DNA of 64,000 nt from Saprospiraceae bacterium (GTDB taxonomy: Bacteria > Bacteroidota > Bacteroidia > Chitinophagales > Saprospiraceae), in contig JBBKWA010000157.1 in assembly GCA_037968695.1 (NCBI GenBank), positions 3,590-67,589 of the forward strand, in the 5' to 3' direction. Of the stretch, positions 20,101 through 28,307 are shown one piece after another. The position numbers and the translations under genes are program-made. Under the pieces are notes generated by a model, which made no database searches, had not been told where the DNA came from, and saw only the letters and a list, made by a program, of their open reading frames with translations. The stretch's first letter is position 1; each line of letters starts with the position of its first letter.

Positions 20101-20998
20101 ATGGTTTTTTGGTGATGGCGGTATGTCTGCTGAGACTTCCCCTGTTCATACTTATGCAGATTTCGGAATCTATAGCGTCATGATGATTGCAACGAATGCT
20201 TGCGGCAGTGATACGAGTATCATTGAAATTGAACTTTCTACGATCCCTAATGCATTTTTCAGTTGGAGTACGCACACAGGATGTGCGCCATTCTCTGTTT
20301 CTTTCTTTGACCAATCACAAAACAATCCAACAGAATGGTTGTGGATGTTTGAAGGAGGTAATCCAGCAACATCCACCGAACAAAACCCTGTTGTGACCTA
20401 TGAGGTTCCTGGCATCTACTCTGTTTCGTTGAGAGCGACAAACTCAGAAGGATCAGATGCGCTTCTCCTCGATGGGTTAATTCGAGTGGGCGGGATTCCT
20501 GATGCAGACTTTATTTACGAGCAAAATGAAAACATTATTGCGCTCGAGTATGAAGGCATAAATTACGATAGTCTACGATGGTCATTCGGCGATGGAAGAA
20601 CGGACACAAGCCTCAACCCAACGGTTGAATACAATGTATCAGGCCAATATCAGATTTTACTTATCGTCTATAATCCATGTGGTTTTGATACGGCTTCGAT
20701 CTGGGTTAACATCGTGATCACAGCAACGATTGATCCTAATGCAAATGAAAATAAATGGCAGATCAGACCAAGTCCTTTTAGTGATGTATTCACCCTTTAC
20801 GGAGAACCATTACATGACGGAACTGCATTAATATCAATTATGGATATTCACGGACGATTGATTTCATCCAATGAGCTACCCTATCAATCCGGTCAGACTT
20901 CATTGCGTTTTGAAAGTGAATCCATTCCGCAAGGCTTAATACTTGTGGTCATTCAGGATAATGAATCCAGGACAGTGTTGAAAGCGATACACCAATAA
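17129..20998 (+). CDS. secreted reprolysin-like (M12B-type) zinc metalloprotease with 10 PKD domains and T9SS C-terminal sorting domain
   Basis: Signal peptide. Metzincin motif HELGHNFSANHD at 18170-18205. Ten ~80-aa PKD-like repeats (WxFGDG / WxFxGG types). C-terminal RPSPFSD..ISIMDIHGRLI..GLILVVIQ..RTVLK resembles the Por/T9SS CTD. Confidence 0.8.
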   Translation: MNKKLISTPLVVFTFLIFLFSPLQGQETIRFKAQRATDVEAGLLKAHFKDYTLATLNTETVNELLQSTDYFHELLLDVEGDVYSFNLRAKDIRAPHYKLRAWTPEGTYELPRSPNKTYFGYTTSGNYDVRITADDNFFQAMIIQEKDEIYIERARNIMPNAPGNQFVIYKGSDNLKQLTLDGCGTGQGQTHFEGPDSHNEVHEGQGNRACKEIEIALADDYRMFDDYGSVDAVEDHNLAVINNIQTNYDFEFNDDLEFVVVEIFVATSPATDPWYDGNSPYDLLDDFTDWGPGGFSNTHDVGGLWSARNFTGDVIGVAWLNAVCTNFSYHVLEDFTGNAQLLRVLQAHELGHNFSANHDAPNSGFIMAPSVTNTNNWSNSSINSINNYINQINCLGPCGAPVPPVAAFEADPTEGCTPLVVSFDDQSLNNPTSWLWMFEGGSPATSTNANPTVTYEDPGQFDVSLKVTNAQGMNTLVKTNYITVGQIPYADFDYFINEFEVDFTNNSFNADSYFWDFGDGDNSTNSNPLHAYDEDGVYTVTLSATNECGTDVYTVVIEIITLPYAIFSSDITEGCQPMEVQFYNLSSSNAQYFSWSFPGGSPANSSNFEPLVLYETPGVYSVTLIATNDAGDDTYTLTNYITVLAQPNAEFNYTTNGLQVTFNSTGSFGDTYSWDFGDASYSSQQNPVHVYDEAGTYQVFLTLSNQCGQNTLQLPVTVAGTPSPAFSANNQYGCAPLVVQFTDMSGGSPTAHSWVFEGGMPATSNIPNPVVTYNTPGLYDVQLTVSNSTGSEMIILEDYIEVEFPTNSEFSSNTNGLEVTFTNLSFNATGSFWDFGDSFNSTETNPVHSYAADGVYTVTLISEGICGNDTSTHQVNIQTPPQAGFSFQSSGDCVPVMVTFTNESSANATSFLWSFPGGIPSTSTQTNPVVTYQNAGTFNVKLIAYSGGGTDTISTNGFITIGNVPNAAFMLSTNDKTVTFNNTSSNAISYQWFFGDGGMSAETSPVHTYADFGIYSVMMIATNACGSDTSIIEIELSTIPNAFFSWSTHTGCAPFSVSFFDQSQNNPTEWLWMFEGGNPATSTEQNPVVTYEVPGIYSVSLRATNSEGSDALLLDGLIRVGGIPDADFIYEQNENIIALEYEGINYDSLRWSFGDGRTDTSLNPTVEYNVSGQYQILLIVYNPCGFDTASIWVNIVITATIDPNANENKWQIRPSPFSDVFTLYGEPLHDGTALISIMDIHGRLISSNELPYQSGQTSLRFESESIPQGLILVVIQDNESRTVLKAIHQ
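18329..20720 (+). repeat. intragenic array of 10 PKD-domain coding repeats, alternating between two subtypes (A-B x5)
   Basis: Type A units have ..GC.P..V.F.D.S...P....W.F.GG.PATS. Type B units have F.F.N.S....Y.WDFGDG..S...NP.H.Y...G.Y.V.L...N.CG.D. They alternate strictly. Confidence 0.75.
20756..20995 (+). other. T9SS (Por) C-terminal sorting domain coding segment
   Basis: WQIRPSPFSDVFTLYG...ISIMDIHGRLISS...GLILVVIQDNESRTVLKAIHQ fits the usual about 80-aa CTD pattern. Confidence 0.65.
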
Positions 20999-21012
20999 GC
21001 ACAATAATTTAT

Positions 21013-21057
21013 AAAAAAAAACCGCAACATGGTCATATCATGTTGCGGTTTTTTTTT
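21013..21057. terminator. bidirectional rho-independent terminator between convergent genes
   Basis: aaaaaaaaACCGCAACATGgtcatatCATGTTGCGGTttttttttt: 11-bp perfect stem flanked by an A-run and a T-run. Confidence 0.8.
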
Positions 21058-21122
21058 ATAACTATAATTATGGATACAGGCATCAGAATAAGAATTCTCA
21101 TACGTTATTCATCCAATTCAAA

Positions 21123-21527
21123 TTATCCCCCCTTCTGCTTAACTTGTTTGTAGCCTGATCGAACCAAATAGTCAATGACTTTCTGAACATGGTTACCTTG
21201 AATCATTAATTCACCATCTTTCAGACTTCCCCCGGCAGAGCACAAAGATTTGAGTTTAGAATGCAATTCCTGCATTGCCTCATCCGGTCCATCAAACCCC
21301 TCTACGAGTGTTACTTGTTTTCCACCACGTTGTTTTTTATCCCGGGAAACATAAAGACGCATTTTGGCCTTGGCATCATCAGAGACAGGCTTGCTCTTTT
21401 GCTCCTCTTCTGTTTCTTTCGGATCAGGGATATACGCCTCCATATCCGGGAAGAGGTTTTTTAAACTCTGTAAATCTTTTAAAGGGTCTGACATGATACC
21501 TGCAAATTTAAGGTTATCCTCGTACAT
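21123..21527 (-). CDS. translation initiation factor SUI1/YciH family
   Basis: 134 aa. GGKQVTLVEGF...LKSLCSAGGSLKDGELMIQGNHVQKVIDYL matches the eIF1/SUI1 fold signature. Confidence 0.8.
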   Translation of the reverse strand: MYEDNLKFAGIMSDPLKDLQSLKNLFPDMEAYIPDPKETEEEQKSKPVSDDAKAKMRLYVSRDKKQRGGKQVTLVEGFDGPDEAMQELHSKLKSLCSAGGSLKDGELMIQGNHVQKVIDYLVRSGYKQVKQKGG

Positions 21528-21547
21528 AAGAAGAATTTAGTCCGACA

Positions 21548-22603
21548 CTACTCTTTTGATTGGTTGATCATCCTTAGCACGTGCAGTGATAAGTCATTGG
21601 ACCCAAGTGCACTATTGGTTATTACGACAACTGCTTTCATCGCTTCTGGAATGAACGCTACGCTAACATGATGACCTCCGGTTCTCCCATTGAGAAAATA
21701 AACTATCGATGAGCCTGATTGGATGACAAACCAACCGTTATCAACTTTAAACTCATCCTTTTTACTGAGTTTGTCGATCTCCTTCTTTTGTGTTTTGTAG
21801 GATGCAATGTTCTTTGAAGCCAATGCAGGTGATATCGATCTAATGAACGACAAAACATCATAGACGGAAGATTTCAGCCCTATAGCGGGAGATAATATAC
21901 CGGGATGCCAAGGTTGCTTTGGTCTTCCATCCATACCATAACCCTGCGCCACAGAGACATCATCTGTCATATATAAGGTGTTTCGAAGGCCTAATTGTTG
22001 TACAAACTGAAGCCTTGAAAACTTATCAAGACCACCAACCTTATCAAACAACCAATACATTGATGCATAAGCCAATTGACTATAACTATAGCTGTTTGGG
22101 TTTGGGTCAAATTGCTGCAGATCATTTGCTAAATGCGTTTCATCGTAGAATGCATAAGGATCATTCATTGAATCTTCAAATTCACCAATATTTGATGGAA
22201 ATCGAGGTAGGCCGCTCCGATGCTTAAGTACCTGGTCGAAAGTCAACAGAATGTATTCTTTAGAACAAAGAGAATCCGGAAGACTCTTACAAATGGAATT
22301 ATCTATCTGCCATTGTAGCGCATCAAGTGCCTTTTCAACCAGCCATACAGTAAATGGCTTTGTGACGCTCCCGAGTTCATAAAGTGAATCAGGGTCCAGG
22401 ACTTCGCCAAAAGCACTGACAAAGGTACTATCCCCATCAATAACGCCAACTAAAACACCGGGGACGATACTAAAGTCGATATTGGAATCAAAGCGAATAA
22501 TTTTGCCTATTTCACGTTCCAGGCGTGCTTGTTGCCCATTAGTATGATGCTGAAGGCAACATAAAAAGCAAGTACTTAAACAAAGTGAAATTATCCTTTT
22601 CAT
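21548..22603 (-). CDS. serine hydrolase, beta-lactamase/PBP4* family
   Basis: Signal peptide, and an S-x-x-K active-site motif (GSVTKPFT) near the N-terminus. Confidence 0.7.
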   Translation of the reverse strand: MKRIISLCLSTCFLCCLQHHTNGQQARLEREIGKIIRFDSNIDFSIVPGVLVGVIDGDSTFVSAFGEVLDPDSLYELGSVTKPFTVWLVEKALDALQWQIDNSICKSLPDSLCSKEYILLTFDQVLKHRSGLPRFPSNIGEFEDSMNDPYAFYDETHLANDLQQFDPNPNSYSYSQLAYASMYWLFDKVGGLDKFSRLQFVQQLGLRNTLYMTDDVSVAQGYGMDGRPKQPWHPGILSPAIGLKSSVYDVLSFIRSISPALASKNIASYKTQKKEIDKLSKKDEFKVDNGWFVIQSGSSIVYFLNGRTGGHHVSVAFIPEAMKAVVVITNSALGSNDLSLHVLRMINQSKE

Positions 22604-22672
22604 CGTCGGAAAGTCAGACTGTATTATCCTACAATTTAGGTTCTTTAGTATCTTTCTTTGAATATTTAAGGT

Positions 22673-23461
22673 ATGACATCTAAAATTCTTACATCAAAGG
22701 CAACCAAGCTATTTATCGTTTTAGGTGGTTTTTTTATTGCCAATGCCCTGCTGGCAGAATTCATTGGGATCAAGATTTTTTCATTAGAAAAGGTTTTTGG
22801 TTTTGATCCATTAGCCATGTCAATTTTTGGTGTGCATGATTTGGGTTTCAATCTTACTGCTGGCGTGCTGTTATGGCCGGTAGTATTTATTATGACGGAT
22901 ATCATCAATGAATACTTTGGAAAAAAGGGGGTCCGATTCCTTTCCTGGCTTGCTGTGGGACTTATCATCTATGCCTTTATTATGGCTTATCTGGCGATTC
23001 AGGCACCGCCTAATGATTGGTGGCAATCAATCAGTGGTGTTCGGGATGACCCTTCTACTAGCCTACCCGATATGAATTTGGCCTTTGGGCGGATTTTTGG
23101 CCAGGGGTTGTGGATCATTGGTGGTTCGGTCATTGCCTTCCTGATTGGGCAGATGGTGGACGTTATAATATTTCAAAAAATACGGAAGATAACGGGCGAT
23201 CAAAAAGTTTGGCTCAGAGCAACCGGTTCCACGTTGGTTTCTCAGTTCATCGATAGCTTCATCGTTTTGATCATCGCCTTCTACATCGGAGCTGATTGGG
23301 ATCTGGTCAGGGTACTCGCTATTGGATTAGTCAATTATATGTACAAATTCACTATGGCGATTCTCTTGACCCCGGCAATTTATGCTGGCCACTACCTGAT
23401 AGATCGCTACCTCGGTCATGACCTGTCTGAAAAAATGAAAACTGCAGCCGCTGCGCAATAG
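22673..23461 (+). CDS. yhhQ: queuosine-precursor transporter, YhhQ/VUT (DUF165) family
   Basis: Polytopic membrane protein. FIMTDIINEYFG, GQMVDVIIFQKIR, WLRATGSTLVSQFIDSFIVLIIAF and VNYMYKF parallel conserved YhhQ blocks. Confidence 0.7.
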   Translation: MTSKILTSKATKLFIVLGGFFIANALLAEFIGIKIFSLEKVFGFDPLAMSIFGVHDLGFNLTAGVLLWPVVFIMTDIINEYFGKKGVRFLSWLAVGLIIYAFIMAYLAIQAPPNDWWQSISGVRDDPSTSLPDMNLAFGRIFGQGLWIIGGSVIAFLIGQMVDVIIFQKIRKITGDQKVWLRATGSTLVSQFIDSFIVLIIAFYIGADWDLVRVLAIGLVNYMYKFTMAILLTPAIYAGHYLIDRYLGHDLSEKMKTAAAAQ

Positions 23462-23558
23462 TTTGCCTTACAGTTCAGAATGAATATGTGTTAGTTATAT
23501 GTGACCTACAATGACACATAGCAAAAAATCTTATAAATGAATATCCTATCTTTGGCCA

Positions 23559-26500
23559 ATGCGATTGAAGAGTCTGGAAATAAAGGGTTTTAAAAGCTTT
23601 GCAAATGACACCCGCCTCCATTTTGAAGAGGATGTAATCGGGATTGTTGGCCCAAATGGAGCCGGTAAATCCAATGTGGTAGATGCGATCCGCTGGGTAC
23701 TGGGTGAACAGAAAGGAAAAGAACTTCGTTTGGAATCGATGGGCGATGTCTTATTCAATGGAACCAAGAAAAGGAAGCCAAGCCAAGTAGCGCAGGTGGC
23801 CATTACTTTTGATAATAATCTTGGTGTTCTCCCCTCAGAATATCAGGAAGTGATGATCTCCCGGCACCTCTACCGAAGTGGAGAGAGTGAATACAAACTC
23901 AATGGCGTATCCTGCCGGTTAAAAGACATTCAATCCCTGTTGATAGACACCGGGATTGGGTCAAATTCCTATGCGATTATTGCCTTAGGCATGGTGGATG
24001 ATATCCTCTATGATAAAGACAATGCGCGAAGGAAGATGTTTGAACAAGCCGCAGGTATTTCAAAATACAAAAAGCGTAAGCATGAAACCATGCTGAAACT
24101 TAAGGCGACGGCAGAAGACCTCACCCGTATCGATGATATTCTTAAAGAGATTGAAACAAATCTCGAAACACTCGGAAAACAAGCCAAACGCACCGCCAAG
24201 TATTTCGATTTAAAAAAGAAATATAAAGCATTAAGTCTCACTCTTGGCGCAAGAAATAATGTAGAATTGCGAGAACAATTTGCACTTTCTGAAAAGCAAA
24301 TTGTAGAGCAAACCGACCTTTATTCAAGACTCGAAGCAGACTTGAATATCATGCATGCCGATCTTGAGAAACTTAAGAAAGATCACCTTGGAGATGAAAT
24401 GTCGGTCAGTGCTTTTCAAAAAGAGCTTAATGAACTCGTCTCCCGAATACGCACCGTCGAAAATGACAAAAGCCTCGCTGAACAAAAGATTGCCTTTATA
24501 AAACAAAACAAACAAAACCTCGAAACACAGATTGTCAAAGCGAATGAGCGAATCAAAAGATTTCAGGATGAAATAGCGGCAGTTCAGATACAATACAATG
24601 AACAGGATGTGCTGCTACAGACGCATCGAGGCCACTTAAAGGATGCCCAGGGCAAACGAGATGAAATAGCTGCTGCCTATCGTGAAATGGTGGAAAATAG
24701 AGACCACGCCAATCAACAGCAACAGCAATTCGAAAAAGATGTTTTTGACCTTGAAAAAAACATTGCTGTACTGCTCAATAATGCAGATATCATTCGAAAT
24801 GAAAATAAGATCATTGCGGATGAAACAACAAGATTAGAAGAAGAATCACTTCGGCTACAGGGACAACTCAAAGAAGAAGGTGTTCGAAAAGAAAATGCTG
24901 CCAATGAACTAGCCTCACTCGAAGAAAAGGAATTAGGCCGACTCCGAAAAATACGCGAACTCGAAGTCAATCTCGCGACTGAGTTGGATGCGTTGCGTCA
25001 AACACAACGGAAACTTGATGCGCGTAGCCATGAAGCAGAACTGCTCAAAGATATGATCTCCAATCTGGAAGGCTTTCCGGAATCAATTAAGTTTCTTAAC
25101 AAAGCACAGGATTGGAATGTCAAAGCGCCCTTACTTTCTGATGTCATTTATTGTGACCAGCGCCATCGTGTCATCGTCGAACAAATACTTGAACCCTACC
25201 TTAATTACTATGTTGTCAAAACATGGGATGAAGCTTCTCGCGCCGTAAAATTATTAAGTTTTGCACAAAAAGGAAGAGCTAATTTTTTCATTCTTTCGGA
25301 ATTTGACCATAGCACGAATACACAGGCACATAACGGCCTTTCCCCATTACTAAGTCACTTGCAGATTGACAACGAGTATGAAAATCTGGTTAAACGCCTT
25401 TTATACAATGTATATGTGAGTGATGGATCTCCTCTTGATCAGTATGATTCGTCGATTGATTTAAACACCATGACGATCATTGACAAGGAAGCGCAAATGA
25501 TACGTCGGGCCGGTCAATTAACCGGTGGAAGTGTCGGACTCTTTGAGGGTAAAAAACTTGGTCGTAAAAAACATCTGGAACACCTGGAAAATGAGATTCT
25601 GGAAATGCGTAAAACCTGGCATGACCTGCAGGCGAAAGTACATCTCTCGCAAGCTGATTTGGCAAGCCTTCAGGGCGTAGACGTAAATGATCAATTAAAG
25701 ACTTTACGGCAGCAAGCCGTCCATCTAATGCAATCCTGGGCTGAACTAAATTCGAGATTGCATCACATCGCTGAAAGAATCGAGGATAGTAAACTACGCA
25801 CCGTAAAAAACACTGAATCACTTAAGGATATTGAATTTAAAGTGCAGACCGCCTCTACAACGCTTGAGGATAAGAAAATTAAGTTTAAGGATTACGCTGA
25901 GTCCATTGACCAAACAGAAGAAAAGTACCAATCCATTCAGGCACAATTAAATGAGGCTGAAGCAGCTACAAATGAACTCAAACTACAGGAGATTCATCTG
26001 GCCAATAAACTTGAAAGCCTCGGAAGAGAATTAAAATATAATACTGACCAAAACGATCAGATCACACAGGCCAGAGAGCAGCATAGTCAGCAAATTGAAG
26101 CAGAATCACATGATCTAAAAAACATGCTTCAGAAGGTGGAGGAAATGTCCACTTCACTTCAGAAACAATACGAAGAAAAAAAGGCCAAGGAAGCGCATTT
26201 GACTGTCGTTGAGCAGGGTTATTATCAGCAACGCAATGAAATTGCTCAGGTTGAAGAAAAATTAAAAATTGAAGAGAAAAAGCGAAGTAACCTTCAGTTT
26301 CAAATCAATGAACTAAAAGACAAACACAATCAATTAAAATTCCGCCTCATTGCCATCTCCGAAAGGATGGAGGTAGAATTCGGCGTAAGATTGGAGGAAA
26401 TTACAACGGAGCATTTAAACGACGAGTTGCCTCTCGAAGAACTTGAAGAGAAAGTGCTTCGTCTTCGCAAACGACTTGAGAATTATGGCGAAATCAACCC

Positions 26501-27119
26501 ATTGGCGATTGAAGCATTTGAGGAAATAAAAATTAGGTATGACAACATCAACGAGCAGCGTCAGGACATCCTTAATGCTAAAGAATCATTGTTGGAGACA
26601 ATAACAGAAATCGAAGTAACAGCAACCACACAGTTTCTTGAGTCTTTCGATAAAGTGCGTGAAAACTTTGTTGAGGTCTTCCGAAGTCTGTTCACAACCG
26701 ATGATACTTGTGATCTTATTCTGCTCAACCCGGAGTCTCCTCTCGAGTCCAATATTGATATCATCGCCAAACCTAAAGGCAAGCGACCTAAATCTTTATC
26801 CCAATTATCAGGAGGTGAGAAGACGTTGACGGCTATTGCCCTCTTGTTTGCGCTCTATTTGATGAAGCCTGCACCTTTCTGCGTCTTTGATGAGGTAGAT
26901 GCGCCACTGGACGATGCCAATATTCAGAAATTCAACAAAATCATCAAGAAATTCTCGTCGCAATCACAATTTATTATTGTGACCCATAATAAAACGACAA
27001 TGGCAGCTGTAGATACCATCTACGGTGTGTACATGGAAGAGCAGGGTGTTTCAGGACTTAGTCAAGTGGACTTTAGGGATTATGAAGATAAAGAGGAGTT
27101 ATTGGCGCTTCAGAACTAA
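23559..27119 (+). CDS. smc: chromosome segregation protein SMC
   Basis: 1186 aa. Walker A GPNGAGKSN, long coiled coils, central hinge, signature LSGGEKTLTAIALLFA and Walker B FCVFDEVDAPLD. Confidence 0.93.
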   Translation: MRLKSLEIKGFKSFANDTRLHFEEDVIGIVGPNGAGKSNVVDAIRWVLGEQKGKELRLESMGDVLFNGTKKRKPSQVAQVAITFDNNLGVLPSEYQEVMISRHLYRSGESEYKLNGVSCRLKDIQSLLIDTGIGSNSYAIIALGMVDDILYDKDNARRKMFEQAAGISKYKKRKHETMLKLKATAEDLTRIDDILKEIETNLETLGKQAKRTAKYFDLKKKYKALSLTLGARNNVELREQFALSEKQIVEQTDLYSRLEADLNIMHADLEKLKKDHLGDEMSVSAFQKELNELVSRIRTVENDKSLAEQKIAFIKQNKQNLETQIVKANERIKRFQDEIAAVQIQYNEQDVLLQTHRGHLKDAQGKRDEIAAAYREMVENRDHANQQQQQFEKDVFDLEKNIAVLLNNADIIRNENKIIADETTRLEEESLRLQGQLKEEGVRKENAANELASLEEKELGRLRKIRELEVNLATELDALRQTQRKLDARSHEAELLKDMISNLEGFPESIKFLNKAQDWNVKAPLLSDVIYCDQRHRVIVEQILEPYLNYYVVKTWDEASRAVKLLSFAQKGRANFFILSEFDHSTNTQAHNGLSPLLSHLQIDNEYENLVKRLLYNVYVSDGSPLDQYDSSIDLNTMTIIDKEAQMIRRAGQLTGGSVGLFEGKKLGRKKHLEHLENEILEMRKTWHDLQAKVHLSQADLASLQGVDVNDQLKTLRQQAVHLMQSWAELNSRLHHIAERIEDSKLRTVKNTESLKDIEFKVQTASTTLEDKKIKFKDYAESIDQTEEKYQSIQAQLNEAEAATNELKLQEIHLANKLESLGRELKYNTDQNDQITQAREQHSQQIEAESHDLKNMLQKVEEMSTSLQKQYEEKKAKEAHLTVVEQGYYQQRNEIAQVEEKLKIEEKKRSNLQFQINELKDKHNQLKFRLIAISERMEVEFGVRLEEITTEHLNDELPLEELEEKVLRLRKRLENYGEINPLAIEAFEEIKIRYDNINEQRQDILNAKESLLETITEIEVTATTQFLESFDKVRENFVEVFRSLFTTDDTCDLILLNPESPLESNIDIIAKPKGKRPKSLSQLSGGEKTLTAIALLFALYLMKPAPFCVFDEVDAPLDDANIQKFNKIIKKFSSQSQFIIVTHNKTTMAAVDTIYGVYMEEQGVSGLSQVDFRDYEDKEELLALQN

Positions 27120-27256
27120 GCGGAATTTATTCAGGGTTTTTATTAAAAGGGTTAGGCGATTAAAAAGTCATTCTGCCCTTTCTTCCAAAAAATGTTCACC
27201 TTACTCTTTGTAAAAAAATTCTCCCGCAGATTACGGAAATCGACGCAGACAAGAAC

Positions 27257-27310
27257 TCCCCTCCTAAACCAGGTTACCAATGGTGGCGATAATAACCTCA
27301 ATGCCCTAAG
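27257..27310 (+). repeat. degenerate copy of the ~53-nt composite element
   Basis: ctcccctCCTAAACCaggttaccaatGGTGGCGATaaTAAcCtcaatgcCCTAAg aligns with the 29582-29634 copy (CTAAACC ... GGTGACGAT ACTAAAC ... CCTAAAC). Confidence 0.45.
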
Positions 27311-27567
27311 CACCGCCTCTCCTCCGCCAAATGAGGGTTCACTTAAAGAAGCTTTTCTGTCTATAGTTATGTTGCCGGAGGGTATTCCATGTAACCATTA
27401 GTTGGTGATCGCCGACCTTGTTTCGTTTAAAGTCAGTAAGCTATGCTGCAAGTGTCGCACACTCGCTCAACACAAGCGGCCCGGCAAGTGTGCCACACTC
27501 TCCTGCCCTCTTCCGCTCTTCCGCCTTCCCGCTTAGACGGGATCTTCGCTTCGCTTCGACTTCTGCC

Positions 27568-27583
27568 TTCCGCTTAAGCGGAA
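27568..27583. repeat. perfect 16-nt palindrome TTCCGCTTAAGCGGAA
   Basis: Self-complementary. Same arms as TTCCGCTCGAGCGGAA at 45405-45420, with a related imperfect copy at 45301-45318 and a half-site at 45124-45133. Confidence 0.8.
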
Positions 27584-27795
27584 CTCATCCCCTAAGCGTC
27601 CAAAAGCCTTACTGCTTTCGAAAGTCCCCTTTAGGGGATTTAGGGGCAAACCATTCCGCCTCTTCCGCCTCTTCTGCCCTTCCGCCCTTCTGCCTCTTTC
27701 TCTCTTCCGCCTCTTCCGCTCTTCTTTCATCACCGTTACACCCCACGCAGCTAGTCGCTTATACATTTCTTTTATTAACTTAGGAGTCAATAAAC

Positions 27796-28275
27796 ATGTC
27801 TGTTATGGCTTGGAGAAGACTAAACGGTGAGCAAATAAAAGCGAATATTGTGGATGCTGTTCGGGAGACAGTGGTACGTGAAATGGCGGAAGGATACAAA
27901 CTCAAAGTTTGCATTGGCACGGACTCTCAAGTCAGAAGTACGGTAATCGAATTTGCAACAGTGATCGTTTTTCTTAGAGAGAAAAAAGGGGGATTTATGT
28001 TTATTCACAATGAAAAAATAGAGCGTGTCATGAGTCTCCGCGAACGCATGATTTCGGAAGTATCCAAGTCTGTCGATATTGCTTACAAACTATGTGATAT
28101 GTTGGACGAATATGATATCGGGCTGGAAGTCCATGCCGATATCAATACTGATCCTCACTTCAAATCCAATGAGGCCTTACGTGAAGCTATGGGGTATATA
28201 CTTGGTATGGGATTCGTTTTCAAAGCCAAACCAGATGCTTTTGCCAGTTCTTCTTGTGCTGACAAAGTAGTCTGA
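27796..28275 (+). CDS. ribonuclease-H-like YkuK (DUF458) family protein
   Basis: 159 aa. KVCIGTDSQ....EFATVIVF.....GG..F, EVHADIN and FASSSCADK segments resemble the YkuK/DUF458 family as I remember it. Confidence 0.65.
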   Translation: MSVMAWRRLNGEQIKANIVDAVRETVVREMAEGYKLKVCIGTDSQVRSTVIEFATVIVFLREKKGGFMFIHNEKIERVMSLRERMISEVSKSVDIAYKLCDMLDEYDIGLEVHADINTDPHFKSNEALREAMGYILGMGFVFKAKPDAFASSSCADKVV

Positions 28276-28307
28276 CCATATTAGCACTGAAGTAGTGACG
28301 TATAATA

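Larger units (their letters stand above)
27120..27795. repeat. block A: 676-nt ORF-poor mosaic of short repeats and palindromes
   Basis: Contents: CGCAGA words (27225, 27244); a decayed TAAAC/GGTGNCGAT element (27257-27310); paired GCAAGTGT(CG/GC)CACACTC (27448-27464, 27484-27500); small GC hairpins (27527-27542, 27568-27583, 27615-27624, 27626-27637); and CTTCYGCC arrays (27500-27590, 27654-27727). ORFs here translate to low-complexity sequence only. Confidence 0.7.

Noticed and set aside
22604-22672. preQ1 riboswitch upstream of the yhhQ-like transporter
   Set aside because: YhhQ-family genes are sometimes preQ1-regulated. However, the 69-nt leader lacks the small hairpin plus the CCCUC...UAAAAAACUA-type A-rich tail, and I saw no convincing pseudoknot.
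22666-22968. 100-aa minus-strand ORF overlapping the yhhQ-like start
   Set aside because: It is antisense to a well-supported membrane-protein gene, and no features support it.
27418-27790. 121-aa plus-strand and 85-aa minus-strand ORFs inside block A
   Set aside because: They are translations of the CTTCYGCC arrays and small palindromes (S/A/L/P-rich or R/K/E-rich). There is no domain, no coding periodicity visible by eye, and the two overlap each other.
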